Assembly (NCBI GenBank): GCA_045587545.1
Contig: JAZNCN010000026.1
Span: 6,295-70,294 of the forward strand
DNA: 64,000 nucleotides
DNA from: Candidatus Caccoplasma sp.
GTDB lineage: Bacteria; Bacteroidota; Bacteroidia; Bacteroidales; G3-4614
Reading direction: 5' to 3'
Numbering within the stretch: the stretch's first letter is position 1; every line of letters begins with the position of its first letter. Below are positions 60,370 through 64,000 of this stretch, one piece after another. The position numbers and the translations under genes are program-made. The notes beneath the pieces are model-generated. The model ran no database searches and was not told the origin of the DNA. It worked only from the letters and a program-made list of their open reading frames with translations.

Positions 60370-61391
60370 CTTTTCAAATAGTTTTTAAATCCTCTGCTAT
60401 AATATAGGTTATATTTTGCCGAATCTGCCGGAGTTATTATCATTGCCTCTAATGTTGAATCGGCTTCAATTATAGCCATTCCCTCCTCCTCTCCTAATAC
60501 CATAAGTGCAGTGGCATAGGCATCGGCTGTTGCACAATCATCAGCTATTACAGTTGAACTCAATACTCTTGCTTGAGTGGGATAACCTGTACGAGGGTCT
60601 ATTATATGCCACACTTTTTGACCCTCAATCTCTTTAAATCGGCGATAATTGCCAGATGTTGCTAACGACTTTCCTGAGAGGGATAATACCGAATGTATAT
60701 CTCCTCCTATATTGCTCTCTTCGGGTTTATCTATCCCCACTCGCCACTCTTCGCTCTTCTCATTCACTCCGCTACAGGCTATCTCTCCTCCTATATTAAC
60801 AAGATAGTTTTCTACTCCATTCTCCTCTAATAAAGAAGCTACCAAATCTACTGCATATCCTTTGGCTATTGCCGAAAAATTTAGCGTTATATCCTTTTTT
60901 TGTTTTGTAACTTTTCCTCTATCGTTAAGCATAATCTTATCCATTCCCACAAGCGACATCATATCTTTAACATTGCTATCGGTAGGGAATTTATTCTTTT
61001 TAAAACCAAAGCCCCAACTATTTATTAAAGGTGAGATTGTAGGATCAAATGCTCCCGATGTTTTTTTATTTATATCTTTTGAGAGAATGATTATATCTCT
61101 TAACCATTTATCTGCTACAACGGGTGTGTCGCTGCTGTTTATTGCAGATATTGTTGAGTTTGGTTCAAACGGCGACAACGACATATTGAATTTTGATAGC
61201 AATGAGTCAATTGCTTCACCAAAGTCTTGTTCCGACTCATATTGTACACTATAAAAAGTTGAAAATTTTTCGCCTTTATTATGAATATATGGGGTTGCCT
61301 CATCTGTAGGTAAAATAAATTTTATCACAATAAAGCCCACTAAAAATATCAGCGATGCCAACCAACCCTTGAAATTTCGAATATATATCAT
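60366..61391 (-). CDS. apbE: FAD:protein FMN transferase (ApbE family)
   Basis: 341 aa with an N-terminal membrane anchor, plus GAFDPTI, AIAKGYAVD, ATSGNYRRF, HIIDPRTGYP and ADAYATA. Confidence 0.9.
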   Translation of the reverse strand: MIYIRNFKGWLASLIFLVGFIVIKFILPTDEATPYIHNKGEKFSTFYSVQYESEQDFGEAIDSLLSKFNMSLSPFEPNSTISAINSSDTPVVADKWLRDIIILSKDINKKTSGAFDPTISPLINSWGFGFKKNKFPTDSNVKDMMSLVGMDKIMLNDRGKVTKQKKDITLNFSAIAKGYAVDLVASLLEENGVENYLVNIGGEIACSGVNEKSEEWRVGIDKPEESNIGGDIHSVLSLSGKSLATSGNYRRFKEIEGQKVWHIIDPRTGYPTQARVLSSTVIADDCATADAYATALMVLGEEEGMAIIEADSTLEAMIITPADSAKYNLYYSRGFKNYLKR

Positions 61392-61416
61392 CTCTATTAA
61401 TACTATTCTGTTGATA

Positions 61417-62121
61417 TTACCTGAAGGTTATATGAAAACAACCCTGCTTTATCTCATATTTAACATAACAGCGGCCCTCTTGTTGGAAATTATAAAGAGT
61501 CTCGGCAAGCAAAAGGCGTAAATCGTTATCCGAGATTATAAACTGCGGATTATATTTATCAAATCTGCGATATGTTATATCTACGGTTGTGCCATAGAGG
61601 TGGGCCGAATTTTCAGTTGAGTTTACATTACGTCGGCGCAGACGCTTTACATCTTTTTCGGTGCGTAATACACTTGTAATTATAAATCGGTGGCTACCTC
61701 CACCTCGAGCTTGCAACGTATCGCAAAATGCTTTACCCAAAGAATCTAATGCCGCCTTTGCCTTTGGCACCAAGAATGGGTGCGAATGTGTAAGTTCGTC
61801 AAGTGCATAATAATCGCATGTCTCAATTTTCTGTAACGCTCCCAAAAGGGTATCAACAGCTAAATCAACCCTATCTGGGTCTATCCCATACGATTGCGCC
61901 ACTTGAAGATGGACATCGTTTTTATGGTTGAATGTTCTTCGGTATGAACCTTTAAAATTTGTCTTTATCTTTTTTTCAACCGTTATATAATAAGTCTCTG
62001 TTGGGAAAGAAATCTCCTCGTCAGCAGAGCTGTTTTTTACCAACACTACTATAAGTGTTGATAACAATATAACTGCAAGAATTGAGATTATTAGATATTT
62101 AAACACTCCTTTTTTAAGCAT
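61417..62121 (-). CDS. Membrane-anchored protein with LAS/M15-type metallopeptidase-like motif (DUF5715-like by recall)
   Basis: 234 aa with an N-terminal TM. SAHLYGTTVDI matches the S-x-H-x-x-G-x-A/T-x-D pattern of VanY/M15 D,D-peptidases, with a second His near the C-terminus (CFHITF). Confidence 0.45.
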   Translation of the reverse strand: MLKKGVFKYLIISILAVILLSTLIVVLVKNSSADEEISFPTETYYITVEKKIKTNFKGSYRRTFNHKNDVHLQVAQSYGIDPDRVDLAVDTLLGALQKIETCDYYALDELTHSHPFLVPKAKAALDSLGKAFCDTLQARGGGSHRFIITSVLRTEKDVKRLRRRNVNSTENSAHLYGTTVDITYRRFDKYNPQFIISDNDLRLLLAETLYNFQQEGRCYVKYEIKQGCFHITFR

Positions 62122-62131
62122 ACGCGAAGGT

Positions 62132-62173
62132 ACAAAAAAAGAAGATGTCTCCCAAATATGAAAACATCTTCTT
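62132..62173 (-). terminator. Terminator after the aminotransferase gene
   Basis: The 10-bp stem AAGAAGATGT / ACATCTTCTT (62139-48 / 62164-73) has a 15-nt loop. The minus strand runs into T7. Confidence 0.6.
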
Positions 62174-62265
62174 GTATTGATAATTATAAAGCTATTCTTT
62201 ATTTACTAAAATGAGAACCATTACTAACTACAAGTAGGTTATAGATTAGCCTTTATCTCAATCCA

Positions 62266-63462
62266 TTATTTTAATTTTGCCAAAGTCTCTTTGATTCTAC
62301 GCATAGCCTCAACAATATTCTCGTCAGAGGTTGCGTATGAGAAACGTAAATACTCGGGAGCTCCAAATGCTTTTCCGCCAACGGTAGCAACGTGCCCTAC
62401 TTCAAGAAGATACATTGCCAAATCAACTGCATCGTTTATAGTACGTTCTCCATCGCTCTTTCCAAAGAATGAACTTACTTTAGGGAATAGATAGAATGCT
62501 CCTTGAGGAACGTTTACTTCAAAACCAGGAATATCTTTTGCAAGTTCAACAACCAAGTTGCGACGACGCTCAAATGCTTTACGCATCTCCTCAACACAAT
62601 CTTGTGGTCCTGCAAATGCTGCAACCGAAGCTTTTTGCGCTATTGATGATGGTCCCGATGTATATTGACCTTGAAGTTTGTTGCAAGCCTTAGCCAACCA
62701 AAGGGGAGCGGCAACAAAACCAATACGCCAACCTGTCATTGCATATGCTTTTGAAACTCCGTTTATCACGGCTACACGGTCTGCAATCTCAGAGAATTGT
62801 GCAATACTTTCGTGTTTGCCTACGTAGTTGATATGCTCATAAATCTCATCGGCAATAACAACTATGCGAGGATATTTTGCCAATACGGCTGCAAGTGATG
62901 CCAACTCATCTTTTGTATATACACTACCTGTAGGATTTGATGGAGAGCAAAGTATTATTGCTTTTGTTTTGGGAGTTATAGCCTTCTCTAATTGCTCGGC
63001 AGTTATTTTGAAATCTTGCTCAATACCAGCGTTAACAAGAACGCTTTTACCTTCGGCAAGTTTCACCATCTCCACGTAACTAACCCACGCAGGAGTAGGA
63101 ATGATAACCTCATCGTCCTTATCAACAATACACATCACCACATTACAAACCGATTGTTTTGCTCCGTTTGAAACAACAATCTGCTCGGGTGCGTATGTTA
63201 GATTATTCTCTCTCTTGAGTTTCTCAGAAATTGCTTTACGCAAGTCCATATATCCGGGAACAGGAGAATAGAAAGAGAAGTTATTATCGATAGCCTCTTT
63301 GGCTGCCTGTTTTATATGATCGGGAGTAAAAAAGTCTGGTTCACCTACACTTAAATTAATCACATCAACTCCTTGTGCCTTCAACTCTGCACTTTTTTGC
63401 GACATTGCCAATGTTTCTGATGGCGAAAGTGCATTTAAACGTGCTGAAATCATCTCTGTCAT
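62266..63462 (-). CDS. PLP-dependent aminotransferase class I (aspartate aminotransferase type)
   Basis: 398 aa with SNGAKQ, LCSPSNPTG, NGVSKAYAMTGWRIG (PLP lysine) and RFSYA. Confidence 0.9.
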   Translation of the reverse strand: MTEMISARLNALSPSETLAMSQKSAELKAQGVDVINLSVGEPDFFTPDHIKQAAKEAIDNNFSFYSPVPGYMDLRKAISEKLKRENNLTYAPEQIVVSNGAKQSVCNVVMCIVDKDDEVIIPTPAWVSYVEMVKLAEGKSVLVNAGIEQDFKITAEQLEKAITPKTKAIILCSPSNPTGSVYTKDELASLAAVLAKYPRIVVIADEIYEHINYVGKHESIAQFSEIADRVAVINGVSKAYAMTGWRIGFVAAPLWLAKACNKLQGQYTSGPSSIAQKASVAAFAGPQDCVEEMRKAFERRRNLVVELAKDIPGFEVNVPQGAFYLFPKVSSFFGKSDGERTINDAVDLAMYLLEVGHVATVGGKAFGAPEYLRFSYATSDENIVEAMRRIKETLAKLK

Positions 63463-63507
63463 TTTTACTATATTGTTACTATTTTTGTGCTTAAATTTTT
63501 AACTCTG

Positions 63508-63515
63508 CGAAGATA
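63508..63515 (-). promoter_or_regulatory. Near-consensus -7 box (TATCTTCG on minus strand) upstream of the aminotransferase
   Basis: One mismatch to TAnnTTTG, 46 nt before the ATG at 63462. Confidence 0.35.
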
Positions 63516-63816
63516 ATGATAAATGGTGTTATTTCAAACAAATTTCTACAAAAACATTAATAAAATTATCAATTATTTTTAAAACCACATATATTTTATA
63601 ATGAATTGAAATAATATTAGGGTTTATTTGTGATATTTGTAATTAATCAACCAACTATTACAATAAAAATAACTTTTGAATAGAGCTGACTATTATTTGT
63701 TTTTTGCAAACAGATTGTTAGTAATTTCTTAACTTACCGCAAAGATAGTGTTTGTAATATGCTATATTATGGCACACAGGGTGTCTGTTTTATTTTTTTT
63801 GTATAAAAATTACACA

Positions 63817-63848
63817 CAAAAAGCGACAGAATTCTCTGTCGCTTTTTA
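63817..63848. terminator. Rho-independent terminator (serves the minus-strand gene ending at 63898; symmetric A/T flanks)
   Basis: The 9-bp stem AGCGACAGA / TCTGTCGCT (63822-30 / 63835-43) has the loop ATTC, with an A5 run upstream and T5 downstream. Confidence 0.75.
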
Positions 63849-63897
63849 CTGATATCTAATAACTGATAACTATCAGTTGACAACTAACAACTGAAAA

Positions 63898-64000
63898 TTA
63901 TTCAACTATAACTTTTTCTGTTCTTCCATTAAGTACAACAAGATAAATGCCTTTGTTAACCTCAATTTGCTCATTATCTTTTACGATAACATCTTTTACA
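63898..64000 (-). CDS. 3' end of a gene encoding a protein with a T9SS (Por) C-terminal sorting domain; rest outside window
   Basis: The minus-strand translation ...VKDVIVKDNEQIEVNKGIYLVVLNGRTEKVIVE* matches the terminal beta-strands of Bacteroidetes T9SS CTDs (KGIYIVKxNGxxxKVIx pattern). Confidence 0.6.
   Translation of the reverse strand, partial: VKDVIVKDNEQIEVNKGIYLVVLNGRTEKVIVE

Overview
This is an AT-rich chromosomal segment that looks like Bacteroidota, of the Bacteroidales type. Supporting signs are TAnnTTTG-type promoter boxes ahead of many operons, many lipoproteins and outer-membrane beta-barrels, the uppS-bamA-ompH-murI neighbourhood, GH2/GH92 glycosidases, and a gene end carrying a T9SS-type C-terminal sorting domain. 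I call 54 CDS, two of them truncated by the window edges.

Most of the window is housekeeping:
- prs, metA and a U32-family gene
- a tightly packed purH-mreBCD-mrdA-rodA elongasome operon
- a carboxynorspermidine dehydrogenase-type gene and bcp
- a GH2 beta-galactosidase plus a GH92 mannosidase, then galE
- an RND efflux operon directly behind murI
- three tandem ompH/skp genes, bamA and uppS
- ribD, prmC, recX, comF, pyrE, argH, a two-domain sialate O-acetylesterase, queA, apbE and an aspartate-type aminotransferase

The only clearly accessory block is a minus-strand Wzx/Wzy-type polysaccharide locus at about 15.8-27.3 kb. It is visibly more AT-rich than its flanks.

I found no rRNA, tRNA, CRISPR array, transposase, integrase or recognisable defence-system gene, and no convincing signature of a new multi-gene system. 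Three items remain unexplained:
1. A self-contained promoter, ~195-nt structured RNA and T-run unit between rodA and a PEGA-like gene (14229-14462). Its 3' end has competing pairings.
2. Two perfect hairpin terminators between wzz and wzy inside the polysaccharide locus (26061-26170).
3. A translationally coupled Wzi-like beta-barrel plus small lipoprotein pair embedded among the glycosyltransferases.

Protein family calls come from motif recognition by eye, not from searches. Promoter boxes are low-information motifs and should be read as suggestions.
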